Assembly: GCA_964636585.1 (NCBI GenBank)
Contig: CAZWSP010000001.1
Span: 17,715-81,714, forward strand
DNA: 64,000 nucleotides
Direction: 5' to 3'
Source of the DNA: an uncultured Antarcticibacterium sp.
GTDB taxonomy: Bacteria > Bacteroidota > Bacteroidia > Flavobacteriales > Flavobacteriaceae
Shown in pieces: positions 17,967-27,777 of this stretch; within the stretch, counting starts at the first letter, position 1, and every line of letters begins with the position of its first letter. The position numbers and the translations under genes are program-made. Below the pieces are notes generated by a model. That model was not told where the DNA came from, searched no databases, and worked only from the letters and a program-made list of their open reading frames with translations.

Positions 17967-18733
17967 TATTCTATTACAATTTCGTCATAACCAGATGGAA
18001 TATCAAAAGGGAAACTCACCGATTCATTAAAACTTACAGAGCGATAAAAAATCTCTATTTGAGTTCCTTTACCTTCACTGTTCGCTACTATTTTTATTTC
18101 TTCAGGAAAATCCTGACCATTTATTTTCTGATATTTAGGATAGGTTACAGTTACATTTCTGTTTTCCTTTTCCTGAGAAAGCTGCTGTGCAATGGTTTTA
18201 TAACTTTTAGGATCTAACAGAAATAATTTCTTGATCAATTCCAATTCGTTCGAAGGCACCAATTGATAGCCTTGAGAAGATTCTGTAAGCACATATTTAT
18301 CTTTTCGAAGATCGTAAATCGCCTGACCTATCAATAAATTCTGAAGTTTTTCAAAATCTAGATCGGTCCCGATCCATTTGCTTACTAAGCTATAGTCTCC
18401 ATCGAAATAGGTTTTTCCTATCTTTTCGTAATAACTCACCCGGTCTTTTGTGATAAGAGCTTTAGCTAAAGGAATTCCTAATAACTGTGCACTCATCCAG
18501 ATAGCGCTATCCTTTTGCATTCTAAAACTTACCGTTAAAGATTGCGAGCGTTCCTCATCTTGGTATTGAAGCCTTAATCTACTATTCAAGGTTTTAAAAT
18601 CTACCTCTTTACCGTAGTGCATAGAAACCACTTTACTGGTTGCAGCATCTTCTATCTTCACAGTTTTCTTTTTACTTCCACATCCAATTAAAAGAAGGGA
18701 AATAAGGAATATGGTGGCTATTTTTTTAATCAT
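17966..18733 (-). CDS. DUF4292-family lipoprotein (possible LolB-like fold)
   Basis: Lipobox LIGC; RMQKDSAIWMS, LQNLLIGQ, PFDIPSGY. Confidence 0.72.
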   Translation of the reverse strand: MIKKIATIFLISLLLIGCGSKKKTVKIEDAATSKVVSMHYGKEVDFKTLNSRLRLQYQDEERSQSLTVSFRMQKDSAIWMSAQLLGIPLAKALITKDRVSYYEKIGKTYFDGDYSLVSKWIGTDLDFEKLQNLLIGQAIYDLRKDKYVLTESSQGYQLVPSNELELIKKLFLLDPKSYKTIAQQLSQEKENRNVTVTYPKYQKINGQDFPEEIKIVANSEGKGTQIEIFYRSVSFNESVSFPFDIPSGYDEIVIE

Positions 18734-18739
18734 TTAGTC

Positions 18740-20104
18740 TTAAGTTTTGGTAAGCAATTGCGCTTTTTCTTTAAATTCGGCAGCCTTAGTTTCATTTCCT
18801 AATCCTTTATACGCAATAGAAAGTTGCATATAAAAATCGGTTTCCATGGTCGCATCATCTATCAAATAATCCAATCCAAATGTAAGTATTTCTTGGGCTT
18901 CCTTGTATTGATTCAAATTATTTAAACTAACACCTTTTACGAGGTATAAAAACGCCTGCGCCGGAAACAATTCCAAGCCGGAATCGCTAAGTTTTAGAGC
19001 TTCCTTATATTTTAACTGATCTATTTGTAGCAACAACGTATTTCTAAGCAAATTGTAGTTATCTACATTCTTTGCAAGTCCTAATTCGTAAAAAGCAAGC
19101 GCTTGTTTTTTGTCTTTTTTCAGAAGAAAATATTCTCCGAATTTCTGAAAGATTTCCGGACTGTTCTCTTTTTCTGAAAATAAACTCGCTACTTGCATTA
19201 ACTCCTCTTCATAACTCGGATTTTCATTTACAAAAAGCAAAAAATCATTTAAAACCTTAAATTTTGAAGCAGCATCAATTTCTTCAGAAGAAAGCACTAA
19301 ACGCATAGATCGCAAGGCTTCATCGGTTTTATTAGTATTCAGATAAAATTTATATAAGGCTAAATGAACCACTTTTGAATTTGGAAAAAGCTGTTTCATT
19401 TTCTCCGCAGTAGCAAAAGCCTCTTTTTCCAAACCTTCGTCACTATACACATAAATGAGATTTAAATAATTCATCTCATTTTCAGGATTGATGGTGATGG
19501 ATTCCTGAAGCGTTTTTATTTGTGCTGAAGTATTGTTGGTGAGTGCATATATCTGCTGCCGCATGCTGTTTCTATATTCGGTAACACCAAGCTCTGCATC
19601 TAATTTATCGAGCAAAGTTATCAATTTATCGAATTGCTGCTGCTCGAAATAGATCTTTGCAAGATCATCATAATATTTGTCGTTAAAGGAAACTAGATTC
19701 TTTGAGATCACAATAGCTTCATCAAATTGTTTGTTTGTGTAATACGCCTCAAACAAGGCTGCCATGATCCATTCTCTATTTGGAGACAAGCGGTTTGCTT
19801 TCTGAAAATTAATTATAGCATTTTCATAATCCTTCAAGGAATTATAATTCTTGCCCATTTCAAAAAAGAGCACCGGGTTGTTCGGCTGAAGCTTCTCACA
19901 GATCTTAAGTTCTTCAATTGCTTTATCGTAATTCTCGATCGCTTTTTGTTTTAAAGCTTCAAAAAAATGTTCCTGAAAAGCATCGCTTACTTCGCCTAGA
20001 TCGTCTACGGCTACTTCCTGCAAGGACGCGGGTGCTTCCTGAGCAATAAGCTTAGAAGTTCCAACTCCAATCAAAAGGAAGGTATAGACGAGTAAACGCT
20101 TCAT
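18740..20104 (-). CDS. Exported tetratricopeptide-repeat protein
   Basis: Signal peptide and many TPR-like helical repeats. Confidence 0.82.
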   Translation of the reverse strand: MKRLLVYTFLLIGVGTSKLIAQEAPASLQEVAVDDLGEVSDAFQEHFFEALKQKAIENYDKAIEELKICEKLQPNNPVLFFEMGKNYNSLKDYENAIINFQKANRLSPNREWIMAALFEAYYTNKQFDEAIVISKNLVSFNDKYYDDLAKIYFEQQQFDKLITLLDKLDAELGVTEYRNSMRQQIYALTNNTSAQIKTLQESITINPENEMNYLNLIYVYSDEGLEKEAFATAEKMKQLFPNSKVVHLALYKFYLNTNKTDEALRSMRLVLSSEEIDAASKFKVLNDFLLFVNENPSYEEELMQVASLFSEKENSPEIFQKFGEYFLLKKDKKQALAFYELGLAKNVDNYNLLRNTLLLQIDQLKYKEALKLSDSGLELFPAQAFLYLVKGVSLNNLNQYKEAQEILTFGLDYLIDDATMETDFYMQLSIAYKGLGNETKAAEFKEKAQLLTKT

Positions 20105-20122
20105 TAGAATTACTTATTTAGA

Positions 20123-21133
20123 TTATTCCAACACAGAATAGTCTCCAATACTTATCTGGGTAAAATTACCATCGAACTTCGCATTATTCCCGATCATTGC
20201 ATTATCTAAAGTTGCATTCATGATCATCGATTCGGTTTGTATAAGACTGTTCTTAATAGTAGAATTCTCCACTTTAGTTCCATTTCCTATAGATACATTC
20301 GGGCCAATCTTAGCATTGGTAAGAACCACATTTTCACCTATAAAACAAGGCTCGGTGATTTCAGAATTAGTAATCTTCACAGAATCTGAGATCAGCTTTT
20401 CACCATCCTTATGCAAGAAATTAAGCATTCTTCCATTGGTCTCAACAGTGATCTGCTTATTTCCGCAATCCATCCATTCATCTACTTTTCCTGGTACAAA
20501 GACATTCCCACTGGCTTGCATTGCTTTAATACCATCGTTTATCTGGTATTCTCCACCGCGAATAATGTTCTGGTCTAAAACTTTTTGTAGCTCATTTTTA
20601 AGCTTAGAAACATCCTTAAAATAATAAATCCCGATAACTGCAAGATCTGAAACAAAGTCTTCTGGCTTTTCAACCAATTCTGTGATCTCCTTCTTTTCGT
20701 TCAACTTTACAACTCCGTATGCGTTTGGATTTTCAACTTGCTTCACCCAAATAACCGCATCTGCATCTTTATCAAGGGTGAAATCGGCCTTAAACAAGGT
20801 ATCTGCATAAGCAACAACCGCTGGGCCAGTAAGCGAATCTTTAGCGCACATTATAGCGTGTCCAGTGCCCAAAGGTTTGTCCTGGTAATAGATTGTTCCT
20901 TTTGCACCTAAACTCTCGGCAATCGCCTTTAAATCGGTTTCTACCTTTTCTCCGAAATCCTGGCCAATGATAAATGCAACTTCATCTACCTTTTCATCTA
21001 AAACCTTTGCAATATCTTCTACAAGTCTGTGCACAATTGGTTTCCCAGCTATTGGAATTAGTGGTTTTGGTACAGTTAACGTGTGTGGTCTTAATCTTGA
21101 GCCGCGACCGGCCATTGGTACTATTATCTTCAT
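20123..21133 (-). CDS. Sugar-phosphate nucleotidyltransferase with C-terminal beta-helix
   Basis: PMAGRGSRLRPHT...PKPL, QDKPLGTGHA, WMDCG and hexapeptide repeats. Confidence 0.88.
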   Translation of the reverse strand: MKIIVPMAGRGSRLRPHTLTVPKPLIPIAGKPIVHRLVEDIAKVLDEKVDEVAFIIGQDFGEKVETDLKAIAESLGAKGTIYYQDKPLGTGHAIMCAKDSLTGPAVVAYADTLFKADFTLDKDADAVIWVKQVENPNAYGVVKLNEKKEITELVEKPEDFVSDLAVIGIYYFKDVSKLKNELQKVLDQNIIRGGEYQINDGIKAMQASGNVFVPGKVDEWMDCGNKQITVETNGRMLNFLHKDGEKLISDSVKITNSEITEPCFIGENVVLTNAKIGPNVSIGNGTKVENSTIKNSLIQTESMIMNATLDNAMIGNNAKFDGNFTQISIGDYSVLE

Positions 21134-21180
21134 TTTATATTTTTAAAGTTCCCAAAGTGGGAATGTTTTTAAACTTAAAT

Positions 21181-21615
21181 CTATTTATTTCCGGTACTTC
21201 CAAAGCCACCAACTCCTCTACTGCTATCTTGTAATTCTTCCACTTGATCCCAAGTGATCTGCTCATGCTTCGCAATTACCATTTGTGCAATGCGCTCGCC
21301 ATTTTCTACAACAAAATCTTCGTTAGAAAGATTTACAAGAATTACGCCTATTTCTCCACGATAATCTGCATCTATCGTACCAGGCGAATTTAGAACGGTA
21401 ATTCCTTTCTTTGCTGCAAGTCCGCTTCTTGGTCTTACCTGAGCTTCAAAACCCAAAGGAAGTTCCATAAAAAGTCCTGTTTTCACAATAGCGCGCTCCA
21501 GAGGTTTTAACGTAATAGCTTCAGAAATATTGGCTCTTAGGTCCATTCCTGCAGAGAATGCCGTTTCATAATTTGGTAAATCGTGCGCCGACTTATTTAT
21601 AATTTTCACTTTCAT
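21181..21615 (-). CDS. dut: dUTP diphosphatase
   Basis: [37 protein letters not shown] overlap with the flippase stop. Confidence 0.96.
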   Translation of the reverse strand: MKVKIINKSAHDLPNYETAFSAGMDLRANISEAITLKPLERAIVKTGLFMELPLGFEAQVRPRSGLAAKKGITVLNSPGTIDADYRGEIGVILVNLSNEDFVVENGERIAQMVIAKHEQITWDQVEELQDSSRGVGGFGSTGNK

Positions 21616-23072
21616 CTTCTTAATATTATTTTTTTGATGGCTTTTTGTTCTTGGGTGTAGATTAGAATTATAAATGCTAACCATAAGGCGATGCCTACAA
21701 AATAATTACTTCTGAAAAGGTAAAAAGAAACTCCAGAAAATATAACCGAAACTATAAAATACAAGCTTATCTTTTTAAGATTATAAGGAATTGGATAGTA
21801 TTTCTGACCTAAATAATACGATAAGAACATCATGATTCCATATGCCAGAACTGTTGCTATTGCTGAAGCCATATAACTCATGCTTGGAATTAATGCAAAA
21901 TTGATTCCTAAAGTCACCACGGCACCAACAATAGATATATAAGCTCCCATTTTTGTGCGATCTGTAACTTTATACCAAACCGATAAATTGTGGTAGATCC
22001 CTAAACAAAAATTGGCCAATAAAATAAAGGGCACAATTTTCATCGCTTCCCAATAATCACTATCTCTAATTAAAAGTTCTTTTAAAAGATCTGAAAAGAT
22101 GATTACCGTTAACAGGATTACAGATCCAAATGCGACAAAATATCGGGTAATCAAGGCATAGGTTTCTGGAGCGTTTTCTTCTGTAGCTTTACTAAAAAAG
22201 AATGGTTCTACACCCATCCTAAATGCAGTTCCAAATAAGGTCATGAAAATAGCCAGTTTATAACAAGCCGAATACGCTCCTACTGCGCCTTCTGCAATAT
22301 CCTCTGGCAATAACCAACCCAATAAAATTCTGTCGAAAGACTCATTTATTGCGAAAGCAACTCCCGCAAAAAGCACTGGATACGAATACTTGAGCATTTC
22401 TTTCCAAAGATTTTTACTGAATTTATATGGAATCTTAAAGTAAAACGGAATCAATATCAGCAGTGAAATGGCGCTGGCAATGACCATGGAAATAAATATA
22501 TAAGATAATTCAAAGTTTGGAAGATAGATCGCATCTAAAATTCCACTAGAAGAATCTGAAGCTATTTTTGGCAACAACAATAAGAAGAACACATTTAAAC
22601 CAAGATTCACAGCAACATTCAATATCTTAATAACGGCATAGCGCATTGGTTTTTGATTGGCACGTAGCCACGCGAAGGGAATGATCACCAAAGCATCTAA
22701 AACCAACACCATGATAGTATAAGTAATATATTCCACCTTAATTCCAGACCAATTAGCCAAATGTTCTCTTAACGAAAAAGCTAAAACTAGAAATAAAAGG
22801 GAGGTTACAATTAATGAAACTGTAGCAGTAGAAATTACCAGCTTTTTATCTTCTTCTTTGTGAAAGAATCTAAAAAAGGCAGTTTCCATTCCATAGGCAA
22901 GGATGACGTTAAAAAGAACGATCCATGAAAAGATGATAGAAACCTCACCATATTCCTTTTTAGGAAGAATATCGGTATAAAGCGGAACTAGTAAAAAGCT
23001 CAACATTCTGGGCAATACTGTTGCCAGACCGTAGATAAATGTTTGCTGAAAAAGTTTTTTTAATGAACCCAA
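21612..23072 (-). CDS. Oligosaccharide flippase (MOP/Wzx-like) membrane protein
   Basis: About 12-14 TM segments; [31 protein letters not shown]. Confidence 0.82.
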   Translation of the reverse strand: MGSLKKLFQQTFIYGLATVLPRMLSFLLVPLYTDILPKKEYGEVSIIFSWIVLFNVILAYGMETAFFRFFHKEEDKKLVISTATVSLIVTSLLFLVLAFSLREHLANWSGIKVEYITYTIMVLVLDALVIIPFAWLRANQKPMRYAVIKILNVAVNLGLNVFFLLLLPKIASDSSSGILDAIYLPNFELSYIFISMVIASAISLLILIPFYFKIPYKFSKNLWKEMLKYSYPVLFAGVAFAINESFDRILLGWLLPEDIAEGAVGAYSACYKLAIFMTLFGTAFRMGVEPFFFSKATEENAPETYALITRYFVAFGSVILLTVIIFSDLLKELLIRDSDYWEAMKIVPFILLANFCLGIYHNLSVWYKVTDRTKMGAYISIVGAVVTLGINFALIPSMSYMASAIATVLAYGIMMFLSYYLGQKYYPIPYNLKKISLYFIVSVIFSGVSFYLFRSNYFVGIALWLAFIILIYTQEQKAIKKIILRR

Positions 23073-23166
23073 TGAGGTTGTACTAGTTAGAGGTGATAAA
23101 TTTATTCATTTAACTGATAGGGCACAACAAAAACCCACTTCACTTAAATATCAATTTAAATTCAAT

Positions 23167-23199
23167 AAAAAAACGGGATGAAAAAAATTTCACCCCGTT
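23167..23199 (-). terminator. Terminator after the lipoprotein gene
   Basis: Stem aacgggatgaaa/tttcaccccgtt with a U-run on the minus strand. Confidence 0.65.
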
Positions 23200-23222
23200 C
23201 TAAGTGGTTAATAAATGTAAGA

Positions 23223-23666
23223 TTATTCTCTTTCTTTAACGCCTGTAAGTTTATAATATTTCACTTTTGAGTTTTGATTGAAGATCAAAATCGCTTCATC
23301 TTCATTTAACTCGAAGTCCATTTTCTCCATTTTTTGAGGCACTTTGTTCCCAAACTCCTCTTTAGGATCTGAACTCATGATCATATCTTGTTTTCCTGTT
23401 TGAAAAGTTGCCATGTATACTCCCGGCATATCTGCATTAATAGTTAGCGCAGCTTTTCTATTTCTGAAGTAAACATCGGTTAAATCCACCCTATTAGTTT
23501 GAATTGAATTTACCGGAATATATAATTTAATTACCTCTCCTTGAACAGTATAATAAGCGTCTCCCAAATTAGCAGGAGCTTTTTCTTGAAGATCTTTGTT
23601 GCCTGCACAACTTGCAAAAAGTACAGTGACTATAGTTGCGCTTAATAGTAGGTATAGGTATTTCAT
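23223..23666 (-). CDS. Lipoprotein of unknown function
   Basis: Lipobox FASC; own terminator and putative promoter. Confidence 0.8.
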   Translation of the reverse strand: MKYLYLLLSATIVTVLFASCAGNKDLQEKAPANLGDAYYTVQGEVIKLYIPVNSIQTNRVDLTDVYFRNRKAALTINADMPGVYMATFQTGKQDMIMSSDPKEEFGNKVPQKMEKMDFELNEDEAILIFNQNSKVKYYKLTGVKERE

Positions 23667-23695
23667 GATAATATGTTTTAGTTATTACCGTTAAA

Positions 23696-23710
23696 ACAAA
23701 ATGAGTGCCA
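23696..23710 (-). promoter_or_regulatory. Putative sigma-54 -24/-12 promoter
   Basis: TGGCACTCATTTTGT versus consensus TGGCAC-N5-TTGC: exact spacing, -12 C replaced by T, 30 nt upstream of the ATG. Confidence 0.55.
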
Positions 23711-23714
23711 AAAG

Positions 23715-23745
23715 AAAAACCCTTCAGTTTTCTGAAGGGTTTTTT
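23715..23745. terminator. atp operon terminator
   Basis: aaaaacccttcag-tttt-ctgaagggtttttt. Confidence 0.85.
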
Positions 23746-23768
23746 ATATGTTTTGAAAGTTTTCTTGA

Positions 23769-23822
23769 GTCAATTTTGGCTTATCGAAGACTTGATTCAC
23801 ACTTCGACAGGCTCAGTGTGAC
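23769..23822. repeat. GTCA-type palindromic repeat with degenerate inverted partner
   Basis: tcacacttcgacaggctcagtgtgac (23797-23822) forms a hairpin. gtcaattttggcttatcgaagac (23769-23791) matches the reverse complement of 23800-23822 at 14/23 positions. Confidence 0.6.
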
Positions 23823-23845
23823 AAGCTTAGTTAGACAAATTGTTT

Positions 23846-24706
23846 TTAATTATTCAATGCTTCAGCACCACCAACAATCTCCAAGATCTCGTTAGTAATA
23901 GCAGCTTGTCTTGCTTTGTTGTAAGACAATTTAAGCGAATCTCTTAATTCAGTTGCATTATCTGTTGCTTTGTGCATTGCAGTCATACGAGCTCCATGCT
24001 CAGATGCTAACGAATCGCTCATGGCTTTAAATAATTGCATTTTTAAAGACTTCGGGATAAGATCTTTAACAATTTGCTCCTTTTCAGGTTCAAAAATATA
24101 ATCTAAAGTAACTGTCCCTTCGGTTTCGAACTTTTCTATAGGTAAGAACTGTTCTGTGATCACATCTTGAGTAGCAGCGTTAATAAACTGATTGTAAACG
24201 ATTGAGATCTCATCATATTTACCATCTAAGAACCATTGCATTAATGTTTCTGCAATTGCCGCAACATTATCATATTTAAGATCATCGAAAATGGCATTGT
24301 TGTTTTCTGCTACCGTATAGGTCTTGCTTAAAACATCGTTCGCCTTTTTTCCTAATGTCAGGATCTCTACATTGGTGTTGCTATATTTTTCTTGAGCAAC
24401 TGCACGAGCACCTTTCACGATATTTGTGTTGAAAGCTCCCGCTAATCCTCTGTTAGAAGAAATAGCAACTATCAAAACCTTTTTTACTTCTCTTTGTTCT
24501 GCATAAGCACTACTGCTGTCTTCATCTAAAGAAGCACTAAGACTTTGAAGCAATTCTGTTAACTTTTCAGAATAAGGTCGCATTGCAGTAATGGCATCCT
24601 GTGCTTTACTCAACTTTGCTGCAGAAACCAATTCCATGGCACTAGTGATCTGCATGGTTGATGAAACCGAGGTAATCCTGCTACGTAATTCTTTTAAGTT
24701 TGCCAT
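23846..24706 (-). CDS. atpG: ATP synthase F1 gamma
   Basis: QITSAM, NRGLAGAFN, SEHGARMTAM, NKARQAAITNEILEI. Confidence 0.97.
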   Translation of the reverse strand: MANLKELRSRITSVSSTMQITSAMELVSAAKLSKAQDAITAMRPYSEKLTELLQSLSASLDEDSSSAYAEQREVKKVLIVAISSNRGLAGAFNTNIVKGARAVAQEKYSNTNVEILTLGKKANDVLSKTYTVAENNNAIFDDLKYDNVAAIAETLMQWFLDGKYDEISIVYNQFINAATQDVITEQFLPIEKFETEGTVTLDYIFEPEKEQIVKDLIPKSLKMQLFKAMSDSLASEHGARMTAMHKATDNATELRDSLKLSYNKARQAAITNEILEIVGGAEALNN

Positions 24707-24720
24707 ATGTTAGATAATAG

Positions 24721-24757
24721 TATTAAGAAGTGAGTTAGAAAAACTCACTTCTCAACA
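24721..24757 (-). other. Intercistronic hairpin between atpA and atpG
   Basis: 16-bp mRNA stem ugUUgAGAAGUGAGUU/AACUCACUUCUUAAUA with two G-U pairs. Confidence 0.65.
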
Positions 24758-24768
24758 TTAAAATATGA

Positions 24769-26349
24769 TTATGCTTTATATTTTGAAGAAAGCTCTTTCG
24801 CAGCTAACACCAATGTATCTGTAATTTCATCTGTAAGTTTTCCAGCTTTTAAACCATCTAACGTTGCACGATGTTTTACGTTTAAGTATTCTAAATACTC
24901 AGTTTCAAATTCTTTCACCTTGTTAACAGGCACATCTCTTAAAAGGTTCTTAGCACCTGCAAAGATAATTGCAAGTTGCTCGTCTACTGGATAAGGATCG
25001 TTTTCTGCTTGTTTCAAGATCTCTACGTTACGCTTTCCTCTTTCAATAACATTCAGCGTAGCAGCATCTAGATCAGATCCAAACTTAGCAAATGCTTCCA
25101 ATTCACGGAATTGTGCTTGATCTAATTTCAAGGTTCCTGCAACCTTCTTCATCGCTTTAATTTGAGCGTTACCACCCACACGAGAAACCGAGATACCTAC
25201 GTTAATTGCTGGACGTACCCCAGAGTTAAATAAATCTGAAGTTAAGAAAATCTGCCCATCTGTAATAGAAATTACGTTGGTTGGAATATATGCTGAAACG
25301 TCTCCTGCTTGAGTTTCGATAATTGGCAATGCAGTTAAAGAACCACCACCTTTTACCAAATGCTTAATGCTATCTGGAAGATCATTCATTTCTGAAGCGA
25401 TCTTATCATTATTTATAACTTTTGCAGCACGCTCTAACAATCTTGAGTGTAAGAAGAAAACATCCCCAGGATATGCTTCACGTCCTGGTGGGCGACGTAA
25501 TAATAACGAAACCTCACGGTATGCTACTGCTTGCTTAGATAAATCATCGAACACGATAAGTGCAGGACGACCCGTATCTCTAAAATATTCACCAATTGCA
25601 GCACCTGCAAATGGAGCATATACCTGCATTGGAGCAGGATCTGATGCGTTTGCAGCAACTATAGTAGTATAAGCTAAAGCACCTCTTTCTTCTAATTTCT
25701 GAGCAATTCCTGCAACAGTAGAAGCTTTTTGTCCAATAGCAACATATATACAATGTACCGGTACTCCGGCATCATAAAATTCTTTTTGATTCAAAATAGT
25801 ATCGATACAAACCGCAGTTTTACCTGTCTGACGGTCACCAATAACTAACTCTCTTTGTCCTCTTCCAACCGGTACCATCGCATCAATAGCTTTGATCCCT
25901 GTTTGCATTGGCTCTGTTACAGGCTGACGGTAGATAACTCCTGGGGCTTTACGCTCCAATGGCATCTCAAAAGTTTCACCTTCAATAGGACCTTTTCCAT
26001 CTATAGGAGCTCCTAAAGTATCGATAACTCTTCCTGTAATTCCTTCTCCCACCTTAATAGAAGCAATACGTTGCGTTCTTTTAGCAACAGATCCTTCTTT
26101 AATTGCTTTAGAAGGTCCTAAAAGTACTACCCCAACATTATCTTCTTCAAGGTTAAGTACAATTCCTTCTAATCCACTTTCAAATTCAACTAATTCTCCA
26201 TATTGAGCATTTGCTAAACCATAAATACGTGCAATACCATCCCCTACGGTTAGTACTGTTCCTACTTCATCTAAAGTAGCGTTTGCTTCAAAACCTGAAA
26301 GTTGTTTTTTTAATATTGCTGAAACTTCAGCTGGATTTACTTCGGCCAT
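24769..26349 (-). CDS. atpA: ATP synthase F1 alpha
   Basis: [31 protein letters not shown]. Confidence 0.99.
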   Translation of the reverse strand: MAEVNPAEVSAILKKQLSGFEANATLDEVGTVLTVGDGIARIYGLANAQYGELVEFESGLEGIVLNLEEDNVGVVLLGPSKAIKEGSVAKRTQRIASIKVGEGITGRVIDTLGAPIDGKGPIEGETFEMPLERKAPGVIYRQPVTEPMQTGIKAIDAMVPVGRGQRELVIGDRQTGKTAVCIDTILNQKEFYDAGVPVHCIYVAIGQKASTVAGIAQKLEERGALAYTTIVAANASDPAPMQVYAPFAGAAIGEYFRDTGRPALIVFDDLSKQAVAYREVSLLLRRPPGREAYPGDVFFLHSRLLERAAKVINNDKIASEMNDLPDSIKHLVKGGGSLTALPIIETQAGDVSAYIPTNVISITDGQIFLTSDLFNSGVRPAINVGISVSRVGGNAQIKAMKKVAGTLKLDQAQFRELEAFAKFGSDLDAATLNVIERGKRNVEILKQAENDPYPVDEQLAIIFAGAKNLLRDVPVNKVKEFETEYLEYLNVKHRATLDGLKAGKLTDEITDTLVLAAKELSSKYKA

Positions 26350-26395
26350 AATTATATAGAATAAAATTGATATCCTTTAAGAATATCTGTTTTCA

Positions 26396-26950
26396 TTAAA
26401 TTTTTGAAATATAGGTGTTGTTGTTAAACTCGCGTTTTAAATTACTAAGTTTCTTTGCAACACTTGCGTTGTATTGAAGGTCTCCTACTCTAAGAATAAA
26501 TCCTCCTAAAATACTTGGGTCTACTTTACTTTCTAAAGTTGCCACATTTCCGGTAAGCTCTTTTACTTTATCAAGTATCATAGCTTCTAACTTAGCATCT
26601 AAAGGAACCGCTGTGGTTAGTTGAGCAAGTTGAATGTGATTAGCTTCATTAAATAAGGTAGTATATTGTTTAGCTACAGCTTGTAACTGAATAATTCTAT
26701 TGTTATCTATAAGAATATCGAAAGCGCCCAAAGTTATAGTGTGTGCGCTCTTAAAGATTTCCTTTAAAGCACTTTTCTTAACATTGTCCTTAATTACCGG
26801 GCTGGCCAAAACTTCTTGAAGCTCCGCACTGGCAGAAATAGTTTCGTCTATAGAAACCATATCCATATTTACCAATTCGGCGGCATTTTGATCCTGTGCC
26901 AATTCTAAAATTGCTGTTGCGTATCTCTTTGCAGCTCTGGTACTTTTCAT
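26396..26950 (-). CDS. atpH: ATP synthase delta
   Basis: RAAKRYA, VDPSILGGFILRVGD; operon position. Confidence 0.95.
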   Translation of the reverse strand: MKSTRAAKRYATAILELAQDQNAAELVNMDMVSIDETISASAELQEVLASPVIKDNVKKSALKEIFKSAHTITLGAFDILIDNNRIIQLQAVAKQYTTLFNEANHIQLAQLTTAVPLDAKLEAMILDKVKELTGNVATLESKVDPSILGGFILRVGDLQYNASVAKKLSNLKREFNNNTYISKI

Positions 26951-26954
26951 AAAC

Positions 26955-27455
26955 TTATTTTAACGTAACATCTGCTAACATATCTTCTACCAACTTGTGT
27001 TGTCTTTCTGTAGAGGATAATTCTTCACGAATCACTTTTTCTGCTATTTCAATAGATAAAGCTGCAACTTGGTTTTTAAGATCTACCATTGCTGCATTCT
27101 TCTCATTTTGAATGATTACTTGCGCGTTGGCAACAATCTTATCTGCTTTTAATTGAGCTTCTGCAGCTGCTTCTGAAACTACTTTTTCTTTAAGCTCACG
27201 AGCTTCTTTAAGCATCGCGTCTCTTTGTGCTCTAGCTTCATTTAATAATTTCTCATTATCTGATTGAAGATTTTGCATTTCCTTTCTTGCATTTTCTGCT
27301 GAAAGCAACGCATCTTTAATTCCTTCTTCTCGACTATTTAATGAGTCTAAGATTGGTTTCCATGCGAATTTTCTTAAAAGCAGAATTAATACAACAAGTA
27401 TAATTGCTTGCCAGAAGAATAAACCAAAAGAAAAATCATTTATTAACTTTTCCAT
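26955..27455 (-). CDS. atpF: ATP synthase F0 subunit b
   Basis: GLFFWQ...KFAWKPIL followed by a coiled coil. Confidence 0.95.
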   Translation of the reverse strand: MEKLINDFSFGLFFWQAIILVVLILLLRKFAWKPILDSLNSREEGIKDALLSAENARKEMQNLQSDNEKLLNEARAQRDAMLKEARELKEKVVSEAAAEAQLKADKIVANAQVIIQNEKNAAMVDLKNQVAALSIEIAEKVIREELSSTERQHKLVEDMLADVTLK

Positions 27456-27492
27456 ATTTCTGTTTTATAAGTAACCTAGTTTTTAAAATAAA

Positions 27493-27529
27493 AATCAAAC
27501 TTTGTAACCAACCGTTACAAAGTTTGATT
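27493..27529 (-). other. Perfect 16-bp hairpin directly after atpE
   Basis: aatcaaactttgtaac-caacc-gttacaaagtttgatt; short U-run follows on the minus strand. Confidence 0.8.
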
Positions 27530-27537
27530 AGTTTCAA

Positions 27538-27732
27538 TTAAGCGAATAACGCTGCGAATGCAACACCTTCCAATAATGCAGCAACAATAATCATTGCTGT
27601 TTGGATTTTACCTGCTGCTTCTGGCTGACGAGCAATTGCTTCCATCGCGCGACCACCGATCATACCTAGACCAACACCCGCACCAATGATGATAAGACCC
27701 TTACCAATCAAACTTACATCCATTACTTCCAT
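27538..27732 (-). CDS. atpE: ATP synthase F0 subunit c
   Basis: GxGxGxG helix, ARQPE loop, LLEG carboxylate. Confidence 0.96.
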   Translation of the reverse strand: MEVMDVSLIGKGLIIIGAGVGLGMIGGRAMEAIARQPEAAGKIQTAMIIVAALLEGVAFAALFA

Positions 27733-27777
27733 AAACTACTTTGTTAAAAATTAAACTTACTTATTTATAAAAAATCT

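Noticed and set aside
23701-23895. 64-aa ORF downstream of atpG
   Set aside because: It runs through the terminator and the palindromic repeat; the translation is a repeat artefact.
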